Below the pieces are notes generated by a model, which saw only the letters and a program-made list of their open reading frames with translations, did no database searches and had not been told where the DNA came from. Source: the human T2T-CHM13v2.0 reference genome, Homo sapiens. Taken from it: a stretch of DNA of 64,000 nt. The stretch is taken from NCBI RefSeq assembly GCF_009914755.1, contig NC_060947.1; one strand, 5' to 3'. A program made the position numbers and the translations under genes. The first letter of the stretch is position 1. Every line of letters begins with the position of its first letter. Shown here in pieces: positions 39,673-53,384 of the stretch.

Positions 39673-41722
39673 AGGACTTCTAGTTATACATGGCAGATTG
39701 AACAAGTATATTTAGTGCTGTTCCCTCCCTGAGTACCACTAAAATGATGGTAAAGAAATTTAGAAAAGGGATTAGATTAAATGACTAAGATAATAGGGCA
39801 GGAAACAACTGCAACAAAATGGTGGCAGCTAGAAAATAGATGGAAGAGGACTGGAGGAAGGGGAAACCCACCCTAATAGTGGAGGAAGTCCAGAAGCAGA
39901 CCAATTTACGCCACAAACCTCAGAAATGCCCAGGATTAAGGCTCACCAGCTACCTCTGGAAGTGGGGGCATATTTGGGCCGAAAGCAAGTGGACTAGTTG
40001 AAAGTCTGTATGAAAAAAAATTAGACTCTCAAATTTTTCTTTTTTCATATTAGTGGAACACCAGAGGTTTACTTGCCAGAGAGGCTAGATGTGAAGACAC
40101 CAAATATGTTCCAGACATCACTGGAGCAGGAGAATAAAGTGATAATCTACATACTAGACAGCAAGGCTCTCCATGTCCTCTTTCCCCACTCAGCTCCAAG
40201 AACACAGGCAGCCATAACACTGTATTACCTCCCTTTCCCTGCAGGACATTGAAAGCTTCCTCTCTGGAGAATCTGATATTCGGGTGACCCTGAAAGTCCA
40301 TAAAATGCACTCTACTGTGACCAGTTAAAAAACCCAGAATTCCAGTAAGCTTTTTAGTTCCTTACTCTAACAAATGAGCAGACAGCCAAGGATTACCAGA
40401 CATTTGAGGAAGTCCTCCTTTAATGTGGAAGATAAAGACCAAAGCAACCAGAAAAATTAATCCAGAGGAAACAGATGCAAAGTGGGGAGCAAAAGAAAAC
40501 CAAACACAAACAACCACAATATCTCATTAACTTGCAACAACAAAGGGCAATCTTTTGCTCATGTCATAAATTATCTGCACGTCGTCTACAGTTCTGCTGT
40601 ATGTTGTCTTCGTGTCAGGACACAAGCTGAAGGAGCAGCTTCTATCTGAGGTATCATCAGGCTCATAGCAGAGGGGAGAGCAAGATGTGGGATCACACAA
40701 CTCTCAAAGCTTAGTACACTTGGCAAAAAGATCCTAAAATATTGCAGAAAGAAAAAAGAACAGGTGCATACAAAGCCTCAAGAATGAAAATAGCATCAAA
40801 CTTTTTGACCACACACTGGAGGCTAGAAGATACATAGATCAATGTTTTTAATTTTTTTAGGGGAAATGATTTCCAACTTAGAATTTTATACTCAAACTAT
40901 CAATCAAGTGTGGGGGATAAAGGAAAGATATGTTCAGACTACACAGTTGTCAAAATACATGCTTTGCATGCACCCCTTCTCTAGAAGCTAATGGAGGATC
41001 CAATCCAACAAAATGAAGAGTAAGCCAAGAAAAGAGGTAGACAGAAAACCCAGGAAACAGAGAATCTAACATAAGAGAAAGGTGGAGCTGTTCCCCAGGA
41101 TAATGGCAAAAGGGATGTCCCCAGACAATAGGCAGCCAAGCAGTAATCCTAGAACCCAAGCAGGCCAGCTGGAACAGGATCATGGAGGACTCCAGGAGAG
41201 ATGGTTCCAAGAAAAAGATGTTTGAACATATTGAGATGAGATTTACTCTCTAGCAAACAGTTTGGGGATAAATTACTTATAAGTGCACAGAAAACAAAGC
41301 AAACACACACAAAAAATGAAGACAATTATTAATTCTGGGGAACACAGAAAGTATCCAGGGAAGGACATGTAACCATAGGACATCTCAGGGCTCATAGTGA
41401 CATTAATGTAAGCACTGAGTATTGATAGACCTACATCAGGGCCATGGGAAGAAGGGAAGTGCTTGTATGTATTCAGGTGGATGATAAGAGAGCTACATCC
41501 TTGTCTTCTAGAATGGGAAGTCAGATTGTAATGCCTGAAATTGGAGAGTCAAGACGTATCAGTACATAATTTAGAAATACAAAGGAAAAGATTTTTCGGC
41601 TAAAAAGGATGAAAATATTTGGCTCTAAGGGGTTAAAATTGGGTGTAGAAAGTGCTAGGGAAGAAACCTGGTTTTTATCATAAACCTTGCAAACTATGTA
41701 CATTGATTAAAAATACTTTTAA
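39673..41722 (+). mobile_element. HAL1 (half-L1) / L1ME-like element with an ORF1-derived body and no ORF2
   Basis: 5' end aggacttctagttatacatggcagattgaac...accactaaaatgatggtaaag. ORF1 C-terminal-like gaaatgatttccaacttagaattttatactcaaactatcaatcaagtgtg. HAL1-type caaaatgaagagtaagccaagaaaagagg...ccaggaaacagagaatctaaca. A-rich end near 41710. Confidence 0.65.
40520..40715 (-). mobile_element. Old MLT1-type (I/J/L-like) LTR fragment within the HAL1-like element
   Basis: cttgcaacaacaaagg...tttgctcatgtc...caggacacaagctgaaggagcagc...ctcatagcagagggg...ctctcaaagctt. Confidence 0.55.
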
Positions 41723-41887
41723 ATATTTTATTTTCCTAATTAATTGTGAGGTTGAATACCTTTTAACACGTTTATTGACAATATTTATAGCTCCTCTTCT
41801 GTAAATTCTCTGTTGATACCCTTTGCCTATTTTTCTTTTGGGTGGTTCGCCTCATTTCTAGGAGTCCACTATAAATTGATGCATAGA

Positions 41888-42315
41888 TTAATTCATTCAA
41901 CAAATGTTTATTGAGTACCTATTGTATGCCAGGCACTGCTCAAGGTGCTGGGGATACAGCAGGAGACAAGACAGACCAAGTCCTTGCTCTCCCAGAGTAC
42001 ACATCCTGGTGGGGCCAAAGAAGTGGTGAAAGAATGCACAGACACACTACTTGCTGGTAACAGTCAGGGCTCTGAGGAAAAGGGAAAAGGATAACAGGAT
42101 GAATTCTGAAAGATGGGGAGTGGCTGCCTTGGATTGGTCAGTTTGGGAAGGCCTCTCTGAAAAGATCAAATTGGAGTGGTTCTGCCCTCAAGAGGATTTG
42201 GGGACAGATGTAGTATTTCAGACACTAGGAATAGCAACTGTACATGTGCTAATGTAAAAAAAAAATGCAAAACAGGAGGGATGGTGGAAAAACAGAAGGA
42301 AGGCCACCGTGGAGA
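41888..42315 (-). mobile_element. L2 LINE 3' fragment
   Basis: attcattcaacaaatgtttattgagtacctattgtatgccaggcactgctcaaggtgctggggatacagca...gggaaggcctctctga. Confidence 0.85.
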
Positions 42316-42319
42316 AAAG

Positions 42320-43335
42320 TTGCCAATCATTTCTCCCAATCTGTCACTTGTGTTTTAACTTTGTTTGTGGTGCCTATTGTCATACAGACGTTTCAGAATT
42401 TTGATGCCATCGAATGTATCAATCTTTTCATTTAGAGCTTTTGCTTTCTGTAGTTTCCTTAAAAGGAGGTTTTCCCCACATCAATATTATTACCATGCTT
42501 TTCAGTATTTTCTTATAATAGCATCATATTTTGTATTTTACACTTCATGCTATTAATTTTTTATAATTTCATTTCTAAATAGTGTGAAGAAAGGATTTAA
42601 ATTTTTTCCCAAATGATAGCCAATTGCCTCAATACCATTTATTGAATAGACCATTCTTTCCTTACCGATTTGAAAAGCTGCCTTCATTAAACAGCAGATT
42701 ACCACATACACATGGATGTGTTTCTGGTCTCTATTCAGTTCCATTGTCCTATATCTCTAACCCTGTGCTAGGTCTGATTATTAGGCCAGTAATCCTGCCT
42801 CAAGCCAAATTGGCTATTTAGGGCCCTTGTCCATTCTGATTGGTCTGAGTTTATGCTATACCCATTGTTATCTGTTTTGAATAGAGCTTTACCACACAGT
42901 TTTTATTCCTAGAAATGTATAAAATATTTTGATGTATGGTAAAGCAAGTCTCCCTTTTCATTGTTCTTCCCTTTCAAAATTGTCTTAGCTATTCTTGCAC
43001 ATTTTCTCTCACATGTGAATTTTCTAATCAATTTGTCAAGTTCTGTGAAAACTCCTGCTGGGAATTTGACTGTGATTGAATTAAATTTATGGATTAGCTT
43101 GGGAAAAAAAACTGATACCTTTACAATATTGAGTTTTCCCATTCGGGAACATGCATATTTCTCTATTTATTTAGATCTCTTTCAATATTCTTCACTAAAA
43201 TTTTATAGTCTTCTTTTTATATGTCTGGCATACTTCTTGTTTGGTTTTTCTTTAGGCATTTTATAGTTTTTTGCTTTTGTGAAAGGATACCATCTAACTA
43301 TTTTGTTTTCTAATTGCTCACTGCTGGTTTCTATT
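42320..43335 (-). mobile_element. Ancient L1 (L1ME-like) ORF2 fragment; related pieces at ~41730-41870 and ~48650-52050
   Basis: ORF 42909..43142 (LNIVKVS...PKLIHKFNSITVKFPAG...ELDKLIRKF...ARIAKTILK) is L1 ORF2-like. Confidence 0.8.
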
Positions 43336-43339
43336 GATT

Positions 43340-46300
43340 AATTTTTAAATAAACTTTTTATTTTGGAATAGATTTAGATTTATAGGAAAATTCCAAAGAT
43401 AGTACAGAGAGTTCCCACATACTCCACACCTTATTTTCATATTATTAACAACTTACATTACTATGATACATTTGCTATAATTAATAAACCAATATTGATA
43501 TATGACTTGTTAATAACTAAAGTCTATAGTTTATTCATATTTCCTCAGTTTTTACCTAATATCTTTTTTTCTGTTCCAGGATCCCATCCAGGATCTCACA
43601 TTAAATTTAGTTGTCATGTTTCCTTAGGCTTCTCATGACTGTGACAGTTTTTCAGACTTTCCTTGTTTTTGATGACCTGGATAGTCTTGATGAGTACTGC
43701 TCAGGTATTTTGTAGAATGTCCCTCAGTTGGAATTTGTCTAATGTTTTTTTTATCATGATTAGACTGGGGTTATGGGTTTTGGGGAGGAAGCCCACAGAG
43801 ATAAAGTATCATCTTCATCATGTCATATGAAGAGAACATATAATCAGCATGACTTGTCACTGTTGATGTTACCGTAATCACCTAGCTGAGGTAGAGTTTA
43901 TCAGACGTTTCCAGTGTAAAGTTATTTTTCCCACTTTTCATAGTGTACTCTTTGGAAAGAATCACTCTGGGCAGTCCACACTCAGTGAGTGGAGAGTCAT
44001 GCTCTAACTTCTTGAAGGCAGAATATCTACATAAATAATTTGAAATTCTTGCACATGGGAGATTTGTCTCTCTCCTCCATGCATTAATTTATTCAGTCAT
44101 TTATTTACATCAGCACGGACTCATGGATATTTATTTCCATACTGTGGGTTATAATACAATACTAGTTTATTTGTTTTGTTGCTCAGAGTTCTAGCTTTGG
44201 CCAATGAGAACTCTTTTAGTTAGTTCCTGTGCTCCTTTAATATACCCCAACAACGTGTGGTTTGTTTTTGTTCATTGTTTTTGTTTTTCGCATACTTCTT
44301 TACCTTCTCAGACTACAAAATGTTCCAGGCCTATCTTGTATAGTTCCTGCCCCGGTCCTAAAATCAGCCATTTCTTCAAAAAGCCCTGGTTCCTTTTATT
44401 GAAGGATGATATTAGAAAACAAGATCTGGGTGTGAGGTGTGTTCATTGCTACTGGGGTGTCATTGCTTCCAGGCCCTCTCGGTTGACAGAGCAAGGAAAT
44501 ATCTGTGTATACTAATCCATATATATATATATACATATGTCGACAAATATTTCTATGAATAGCCGTCTATATATATATTAAACTAAACATGGGTTTGTAC
44601 TAATGCCTCCAACTCTAATCTGTTACCACATGGATAATTCTAGTCTCCTCCCCTTGCTTATCTATAAACTCTCACTCCAACAGTGAGAAACCAGGTTCCC
44701 ACCATCCACCATCCATTCACTTTAATTGTTCAATTCTAGTATAGATGTATAGTGGTACAAGAATTATTAACTCATACCCCTGTGGGAAACAGCTTCAACT
44801 AGAGTACAGTACTTATGTACAGTTTGCTTTATCTTTAGTCTTACGGACTACTGATTTCCAAAGTTACTTAGGTCAATACCTTTTCTCCTTGCCATGCTTC
44901 AGTGAGATTGTTTCATATATTTATAATACAGTTAGAATATTTTGTCACATTCTGAATTTCATCCTGGGATCCCTAATCTCCTAAATAATTTTCAAAATGT
45001 GGATACATTAAGGTTCCCTCTTTGTGCTGTAAAGTTCTATGGATTTTGAAAAACATAGTGTCATGTATCCACCACTACAGTGTCATACAGAATAGTTTCA
45101 CCACCTAAAAGTCCCCTGTGTTTTACCCAGTTATCGCTTACACTCCTCTTCCTGCAAGCCCTTGGCAACCACTGATCTTTTTACTAAATGATCATCACTA
45201 TAGCTTTGCCTTTTCCAGAATGTCATACAATTGAATATATACAGTATGTAGCCTTTTCAGATTGGCTTCTTTCATGTAGCAATATGCATTTAAGGTTCCT
45301 TCATGTCTTTCTGTGGCTTGATACCTAATTTCTTTTTAGCACTGAATAATATTCCACTGTATGGATGTACCACAGTTTGTTTTACTCATTCACCTGTTGA
45401 AGAATAGGTGAATCTTTGTTGCTTCCTGTTTTGGGCAATTATTAATAAAGCTGCTATAATTATCTGTGTACAAGTTTTTGTGTGGGCACAAGTTTTCAAA
45501 CAGTTGAGTAAATACCTAGGAATGCAATTGTTGTATTGTATGGTAAGACGATGTTTAGCTTTGTAAGAAACTGCCAATTGTCTCCTGAAGTGACTGTACC
45601 ATTTTGCATTCTCACTAGCAGTGAATGAGAGTTTCCATTGTTCCACATCCTCACCAGCCATTAGTATTGCCAGTTTTTGTATCTTAGTCATTCTAATAGG
45701 TGTGTAGTGTTGTTTAAATTTGTAATCCCTAACGAAAACTGATGCTGAACATCTTTTCATGTTTGTTTGTCATTTGCACATCTTCTTTAATGTGTTGTCT
45801 TTTTAACTCTTTCACCCAGTTTTAAATTGGGTTATTTGTTTTCTTATTTTTGCATTTAAATTTTTTTTATATTTTGGATATAAGTCCTTTATCAGATATG
45901 TGTTTTTCAAATATTTTCTCCCAATATGAGGCTTATCTTTAGATTCTCCTAACAGTGTCTTTCACAAAGTAGATGTTTTCAATTTTAATCAAGTGTAACA
46001 TCCATTTTTTCTTTCATGAATTGTGCATTTGGTGTTATATCTAAAAACTCACTACGAACTGAAGGTCACCTTGATTTTCTCATATGTTTTCTTCTAGAAG
46101 TTGTATAGTTTCGTGTTTTACATTTATGTCTATGACTTATATTGAGTTAATTTTTGTGAAAGGTTTAAGGTCTGTGTTTAGGTTTTAGGGCTATTTTAGT
46201 TTTGGTTTGCTTTGGAATTTTTATTTTTATTTTTACTTTTGTTTTTTTGCTTGTGAGCATACAATTGTTCTAGCACCATTTATTGAAAAAACTGTCCCCT

Positions 46301-48650
46301 TTCTATTGAATTGCCTTTACTCCTTTATCAAAGATCAGTTGACTATATTTGCATGGGTCTATTTCTGGGCTCCTAATTCTGTTCTATCGATCTGTGTGTC
46401 TATTCTTATACCAATACTACACTTTCTTGATTACTGTAGTTTTATAATCAGTCATGGAATTGGATCATGTGGATCCTTCAACTTTGTTCTTCTTTGGTAT
46501 TGTGTTGATCATTGTAAGTCTTTTGCCTTTTCATATAAACTGTAGGGCCAACTTGTCTATACAAAATACCTTGCAGGGATGTTCGTTAAGATTGTGTTAA
46601 ATCTGCAGATCAAATTTGGAAGAATTGACATCTTAACACCATTGAGTCTTTCATTCAATGAGCACAGCATACTTTCCAAGTCATTTAGATCTTTGATTTC
46701 TATCATCAGTTTTGTGGTTTTTCACATATAGATACTATACATATTTTATTAGATTTATACCTAAGTATTTCTATTTTTGTTGCATTGTAAATGATATATT
46801 CTATTTCAAATTCCAATTGTTTATTGTTAGTATATAAGAAAGCAATTCAAATGTGTATATTAACCTTGTAACCTACAACCTTTCTTTACTTACTAATTTC
46901 AGGAGGGCTTTTTGGAGGATCAATTCTTTGGGAATTTTCACATAGACAATCATGTCATCTGTGAACAAAGAAAGTTTCATTTATTCCTTCCCAATCTGTA
47001 TACTTCCTGTTTCTTTTTCATGTGTTATTGCACTAGCTAAGACTTGCAGTACAATGTTGAATAAGAGTAGTGAGAAAGAACATCTTTGCCTTCTTCCCAA
47101 TCTTAATGGGAAAGCATCTATCATTAAATATGATGTTAGCTCTTGTAGATGTTCCTTATCAAGTGGCAGAAGTTCCCCTCTATTCCTGGCTTACAAACAG
47201 TTTTCTTCTAATTGTGAATGTGTGTTTGAGTTTATCAAATGCTTTTTTGCGTTAATTGATATAATCATATGATTTTTCTTCTTTAACTCGTTGATGTGGT
47301 GGATTAGATTGACTTTTGAATTTGGAACCAGCCTTCCATACCTGGAATAAATCCTATTTGCTCATGGCATATAGTTACTTTTATACATTATTGAATTCAG
47401 CTTGCTAATATTTTGTTGAAGGTGTTTGCATCTGTGTTCATAAGAGATATTGGTCTGTAGTTTTCCTTTCTTGTTATGTCTTTATCTCATCTAGTTTTGG
47501 TATTAGTGTAATGCTGGCCTCACAGAATGAGTTAGGAAGTATACACTCTGTTTTTATTTTCTTGAAGAGATTGTAGAGAATGACTATTGTTTCTTCATTA
47601 AAATTTTGGCAGCATTCACCAGTGAACTCATCTGGGCCCAGTGCATTCTTTTTTTGGAAGGTTGTTAACTACAGGTTCAATTTCTTTAATAGATATAGCC
47701 CTGTTCAGATCATCTATTTATCTTTGTGTGAGTTTTGGTAGTTTGTGTTTTCCAAGGAATTGGTTCATTTCACCTAAGTTATCAAATTTGCAAGCATAGA
47801 GTCGTTCATAATATTTCATTGTTATATGTTTAATGTCTAAAAAGTCAGTACTAATGGCTTCTCTTTCTTTCATTTCTGATATTTGTAATTTGTGTCTTCT
47901 CTCTTTTTTTCTTGTTGGTCTGGCCAGAGATTTATCAATTTTTTGACCTTCTGAAATAACTGGGTTTTGGTTTTGTTGATTTTTTTCTATTGTTTTCCTT
48001 TTTAAATTTCATTGATCTCTGTAAGAATTTTTATTATTTCTTTCCTATTGCTTTCTTTAGGCTTAAGCTACTCTTCTTTCTTCTAGTTTCCTAAGGCAGA
48101 AGCTTAGATTATGGATTTTAGATCTTTCTTCTTTTCTAATACATTCATCTGCCTCATAATGAAGTTTTGGTCAATGATGGGCTGCATATATGATGATGAC
48201 CCCATAAGATTACAATACTATATTTTTGCTGTGCTTTTTCTAGGCTTATGTATGTCTGGATGCAAACATACCTACCATTGTGTTACAATCACCTACAGTA
48301 TTCAGTACAGTAACATGCCGTAAATGATTGTAGCCTAGAACAATAGGTTATACCACACAGCCTAGGCTACACCATCAAGATCAGTGTTAAGTATGCACTA
48401 TGATGTTCATACAACAACAAAATTGCCTAGCAACACATTTCTCAGGACGTATCCTTGTTGTTAAAGAGAATATGCATTCAATACTATAAATCTCCCTCTA
48501 ACTACTGATTTTTCTGTATCCCACAAAATTTCAATTGTATTTTCATTTTCATTTAGTTCAAAATATTTTTAAATTTTCCTTCAGACTTCTTTGACCCATA
48601 TGTGTTACTTAGAAGTGTGCTGTTTAATCTCCAAATATTGGGGGATTGTC
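43340..48650 (-). mobile_element. L1MC3/L1MD-like LINE-1 with a long 3' UTR and ORF2 remnant
   Basis: 3' end aataaactttttattttggaata...caaagatagtacagagagttccc...ctgttccaggatcccatccaggat...aatcagccatttcttcaaaaagccctggttcc. ORF 45386..45760 (HYTPIRMTKI...GEDVEQ...ENAKWYSH) is the L1 ORF2 C-terminus. Confidence 0.85.
48142..48472. mobile_element. Tigger3a (MER7A)-like non-autonomous DNA transposon inserted in L1
   Basis: cataatgaagttttggtcaatgatgggctgcatatatgatg...cccataagattacaatac...cctacagtattcagtacagtaacatgc...cctaggctacaccatc...catttctcaggacgtatccttgttgttaa. L1 is collinear on both sides. Confidence 0.82.
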
Positions 48651-49134
48651 TATTGACTTTTAATCCTGATGTTTTATCCGTTCAATGAAGTTGAATGTTT
48701 ACTAGTCTTAATAATTTTTAAATTGCTTCTCTTGGATTTTCTAGATAAACAATATCATCTGCAAATATCGATTATTTATATCTTATTTTTCAATATTTGT
48801 ATCTGTTAATTTGTATTTCTCACCATATTACATTGGCCAGAATCTTCGGTACAGTATTGAAAAACAATGGTGATCGTGGCGACAAGAACAATGATTCTTG
48901 TCTTGTTCTTGTCTTTGGTAAGTAAGGCTTATCATAACCACTAAATGTGATGTTTGCTGTAAGTTTTGGATTTCTTCCAGTTTTCTGAAAGTTTTGTTTT
49001 GTTTTAATGAGAAATGGGTATTTAATTTTAGCATGTTTTTAAAATCATCTATAAAAATTATGACACAGTTGTCCTCTAATGACAATATAGTGAATAACTT
49101 GATAGATTTTTTTCTGATGTTGAATCAGCATAGT

Positions 49135-49360
49135 GAAGTAGATTCAAATCCCAGCTTTTCCTCCGCTTACTATCTGTGGACTTGTGTAACCTTTACTCTC
49201 CTCAGTTTTCTAAACAATAGGAGCTATCACATGAGGTTGTTAGGCAAAATTAATAAGTTAATACATATTTTCTATTACATATATATTATATATACATACA
49301 ACATATATCATACATATATGAGTAACCTAGAACAGGGCCTAGTATATAAGAAGTACTAAA
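49135..49360 (+). mobile_element. MIR SINE
   Basis: gattcaaatcccagct...cttactatctgtgga...cctcagttttct...catgaggttgtt...cctagaacagggcctagtatataagaagtact. Confidence 0.65.
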
Positions 49361-49627
49361 TATTTTTGTAAATGTTGCTTTCTTGGAGGTAATTTCTATA
49401 TGGTTATGATTGAGTTAGCATGCCATCGGATTTTGTTCGCTAAATGTTTATGGCTTTTTCATTGATGTGATTAGCTAGTAATATTCTTCACATAAACTAC
49501 TTGTTGTCTACCTTCTGTATCAGGCTTGTCTAACTTCCTAAAGTGAATTCGATAGCTGCCTATCTTTTCCGACACTCAGAAACAGTTTATCTAGTAAAGA
49601 AAATTATCTGAGCCTGTTGCATATATT

Positions 49628-50188
49628 TGTATTAATTATATATTGCTGCATAACAAATTATCCCAAAACCTGGTGGGTTAAAACAATAGACATTTATTAT
49701 CTCACAGTTTCTGTAGTCAAAACACCAGGTATGGCTTAGTGAGACACCTCTGATTCGGGGTCTCTCATGGACTGCAATCAAGGTGTTGGCTGGGTTTGCA
49801 GTCATCACAAGGTTCAACCAGGGGTGGATCCACTTCCAAACTCATTCACGTGGCCATGGGTTTTTGGATTGAGAACCTCAGTTCCTCTCTGGCTGCTGTG
49901 CAGAGGACTTTCTCAGCTCTTTGCCATGTGCACCCCTCCGTAGGGCAGCCCACAACATAGCAGCTTGCTTCATCAAGGCCAGCATGGGAGAACCAGAGTG
50001 CCAGAAAGACAGAAGTCAGTTTTTTTGTAACCTAATTTTGGAAAGGACACCTGACCACTTTTGCTGCATTCTATGCACTAGAAGCAAGTCACAAGTCCAG
50101 TCCACACTCAAACGGAGGAGCTTATGCAAAGGTGTGAATACGAGGAGGTAGGGACTATTGCAGGTCGTTTTAGAGGCTGTCTACCACA
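49628..50188 (-). mobile_element. MLT1F-like solo LTR (ERVL-MaLR), full length, TG...CA termini
   Basis: tgtatt...attgctgcataacaaattatcccaaaac...atttattatctcacagtttctgt...ggatccacttccaaactcattcacgtggc...ttagaggctgtctaccaca. The flanks atatt / atttt resemble a 5-bp TSD. Confidence 0.88.
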
Positions 50189-52808
50189 ATTTTTAAGGGT
50201 AGATCTTTGATTACTCTTCCAATTCCTTTCATGGTTGTTGGTCTAACCAGTTTTATAATACTTCTTAGACAATGTTGGTAATTTATCATTTCTTAGAAAA
50301 TATTTTTGTCTAGGTTTTCAAACTTATTTGTAAACTTAAAAAATCTCATCTAGGTCTGAGGTTCACTTCTATTATTATTTATGTCTTCTCTCTCTTTTTC
50401 TTTATCAGAAAGAATGCTTGTCTATTTCATTGGTTATTTCAAAGAACCAGTTTTTCATTTATTTGCTCAATTCTATTTTTTGTCTTTTCTTTCATTGATT
50501 TATGCTTTTATCTTTATTAATTCCTTCCTTTTACCTTCATTTGTGATTACTTGTGTTTCTTCCTAGCTCTTGAAAGCTTGATTTATTTCTTTTCAATATT
50601 TCTTGTTTTTTAATAAGTGCACTTAAGGTCACGCATTTTCCTCTGAGTACTGCTTTGGCTCCATCCTACTAGTTTTGATATATAGAGATTTAATTGCTTT
50701 TCATTTTGCATTGGTTCCTAATTTCCATTTTGATTTCTCTCTAACCAGATTAGAAGTGTGTATTCCATCTCTTATTTTCAGGGGCATAGATTCAAAACCA
50801 TCATTTTACTGCTAAATTGTTATTTTATTGACCCTGTGGTTATTATGTGACCCTATGTAACTCTTATTATTTGGAATTGGTTGAGATTTCCCTTGCGGCT
50901 TAATACATCATCAATTTTTTTAAGTATTCAATGTGCATTTGAAAAGTGGGTGCATAGTCTGTTAGTATAAACATACATATGATCAATTTGCTAGTTGTAT
51001 CATTTCAATCCTGTACATCCGTGTTTAGTTAGTAGATTAGTAAGTTAGCACTTGTGTAAATTTCTTAGGAAATTATGTTATTTATAATATAATTGTGGAC
51101 TTGCTGATCTCTGTTTTAAACCTATGTTGTAAAAGTTCATTACAGTTACATCTTTGTTGTGGCCTATATCTATTATCCATGAAATATTCTTTATATTTTT
51201 AAATGCTTTTTGCTTAGAGTTTTGTTTTGCCTGATGCAGCTACACCTGCTTTCTTTTTATTGGTGTTTGAGCATATTTTTTCATTTCTTTTATTTCCAAT
51301 CTTTCTGCATTATTTTGTTTTACATATGTGTCTTGTAAATGACCTCTAGCTATATTGGCTGTTGACCTAATCTGAGTGTCTCTGTCTTTTAATAAGGCAA
51401 TTAAACATTCGCATTTAGTGTGATTGCTTATACGCTTAGAATAATTCCTGCCATCTCATTTGATATATATTTTTATCTAGCCTGTTTTCTCATTGCTTTG
51501 TCTCCATTGCTTTTGCTCTCTTTTGTTGAATGGACAGAATATTTTCTTTGTTCCATTTTATTTTCAGCAATAGTTTAGAAAGTATACATTTCATTTCTAA
51601 GATTCTAAATTTACCCATACACTCTTAGTACATATACTAAAGCATATGTATTCTCTATCAACACTTAGCATTAATCTGTATGTCTTTTCTGCCTCCAAAC
51701 AAGGCAATAAACTCAGTATGCATTTTCTTACCTCTGCTCCTTCTTTGCAATCCTACACTACACCTTCTGCCCAATGCTGCCACCCCAATCATTTCTTGTG
51801 TTGATACACTCTCTTACAGGTTTACTCATTTCTTTGCGTGTTGTTTCCTAATTCCTCCTTCTTGTACTTGAATTCATTTTGTTTCTTAGAGTAACGTATC
51901 TACTCTGGGTTATTTCAGACAGAATTTGTAACATAAAATTTTTGAGTGCTTGAATGTCCGAAAATGCCTTTCTTTCATTGTCTTTGTTGTCTCTTGGTTA
52001 TAAATTTTTTAAAAATCTTAATATCTATCACTTCTAGAGATTTGGGCTATGAGATAGAGTCTATTATGTGTACTCAGTCCATCATTTTACTCTTTTTATA
52101 CCCATTTCTTAAGCCAGGACTCACCAATGTCTATGGCCTAGGGCTGAGAAAACTGCCCTTCTGTCATCTCTTTCTTTGCTCTCTGGCCCCTATCAGGAAG
52201 ATCCATCAACCATCAGGACACCAATTGGGCCACCTTGAATTAATGGGTCAAATCACTATGCACCAAATATCAGGGTAAGACTGTGGATTGCTCTTCCTTT
52301 TCTCTTTCACTCACGTGGCTGGAGCTATAATGCTGGTTTAGAAGTAGCTTTTAACCAGCCATCACTCTCCCTTTTGTCTCTTTATCCCATGAAATCAATA
52401 GGAGTGAGCTAATATCTGAAATTCAGCTTTGGCCATGTGGTAGGAAGAGATCCCTCAGGACTCAAGGCTAGGCCCCACAACCCTGCCCAGTGTATAAGAG
52501 CTTGCATTGAGGTTTGAGGCCCAAAGCTCAGCTAACAATGAAGTGTTACTTTGCCTTCCTTTGCCATTGTTCTGTGTGCATATTTCTCTCCTGGGAGCCT
52601 TGTGGGGAGAGCTGGCTTTGGTCTGGGGCAATATTTTGGTATTCTCAGGTCCCTTGGCCACACTTGAACATTAATTGCACCATATTTCCAACAATAACTT
52701 CATGTTAATATTATTCTTGCAATTCCAATTCTTTAAAGGTATAAAGAGTAAAACAATGTGCCTTCGGTGAAGAAGCCAGGGGTGTCAATTTCAATGTGCC
52801 ACAGCCTT

Positions 52809-52939
52809 AGGGCCACCATACACATTTGCAGAGGTTATGAATGATACAGTTCTAGGATGCTCCCTTCTCATGAGAGACCATGCAGATGAAACTCTGCAGA
52901 GTTGTGCACCACCTATACAACCCTGTGAGATGTGCCTAC
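52809..52939. mobile_element. MER91-like palindromic hAT-Tip100 MITE, degraded
   Basis: tagggccaccatacac...gaggttatgaatgatacagttctagg...agagttgtgcaccacctatacaaccc...tgtgccta follows the recalled MER91 layout. Confidence 0.5.
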
Positions 52940-53384
52940 GACTTCTGTCTCAACTGTCTCTAAAGATGCTTGCCAATCCCTTTGCCCTTAGAAAATGGTC
53001 TTGTAAATATCTGCTGTCCTAACATTCCAAGACTTGTCATTTTGCTTTATCCCATCCCATTGGGTTAGACCTGTTAGCTTTTTGACATCTGCTTGGGTTT
53101 AACTTGAGGCATAGAGAGAGAGCTTGCCCCAGACTATATAGATGGGAAATGGAGAAACCGGTATCCAAAGCAAGGTCTATCACTCCAAAGCCTATACACT
53201 GTCTACTATAGGCAAGGTGGCTGGAAGAATGCAGCTGGCAAGTGTCTGAGGTTTTGTATTAGCCCACAAAGGGCATAATTATCTCAGACACTTGTTTATT
53301 CATTCACTACATTTTCTTTAAGTCTCTGCCTCAGGTGATTACCTTCCAACTCTACCATTCAGTGATATCTCCAATCTGTATTAT

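Larger units (their letters stand above)
48650..52050 (-). mobile_element. Highly decayed L1ME-like fragments hosting a MIR and an MLT1F LTR
   Basis: ggattttctagataaacaatatcatctgcaaata; ttcaaagaaccagttttt; attttcctctgagtactgctttggct; T-rich + strand. Confidence 0.65.

Noticed and set aside
42770-42885. Non-L1 insert with ctgattggtc, possibly a hAT-Tip100 (Arthur1-like) MITE
   Set aside because: The resemblance is from memory and too degenerate to support without a Dfam search.
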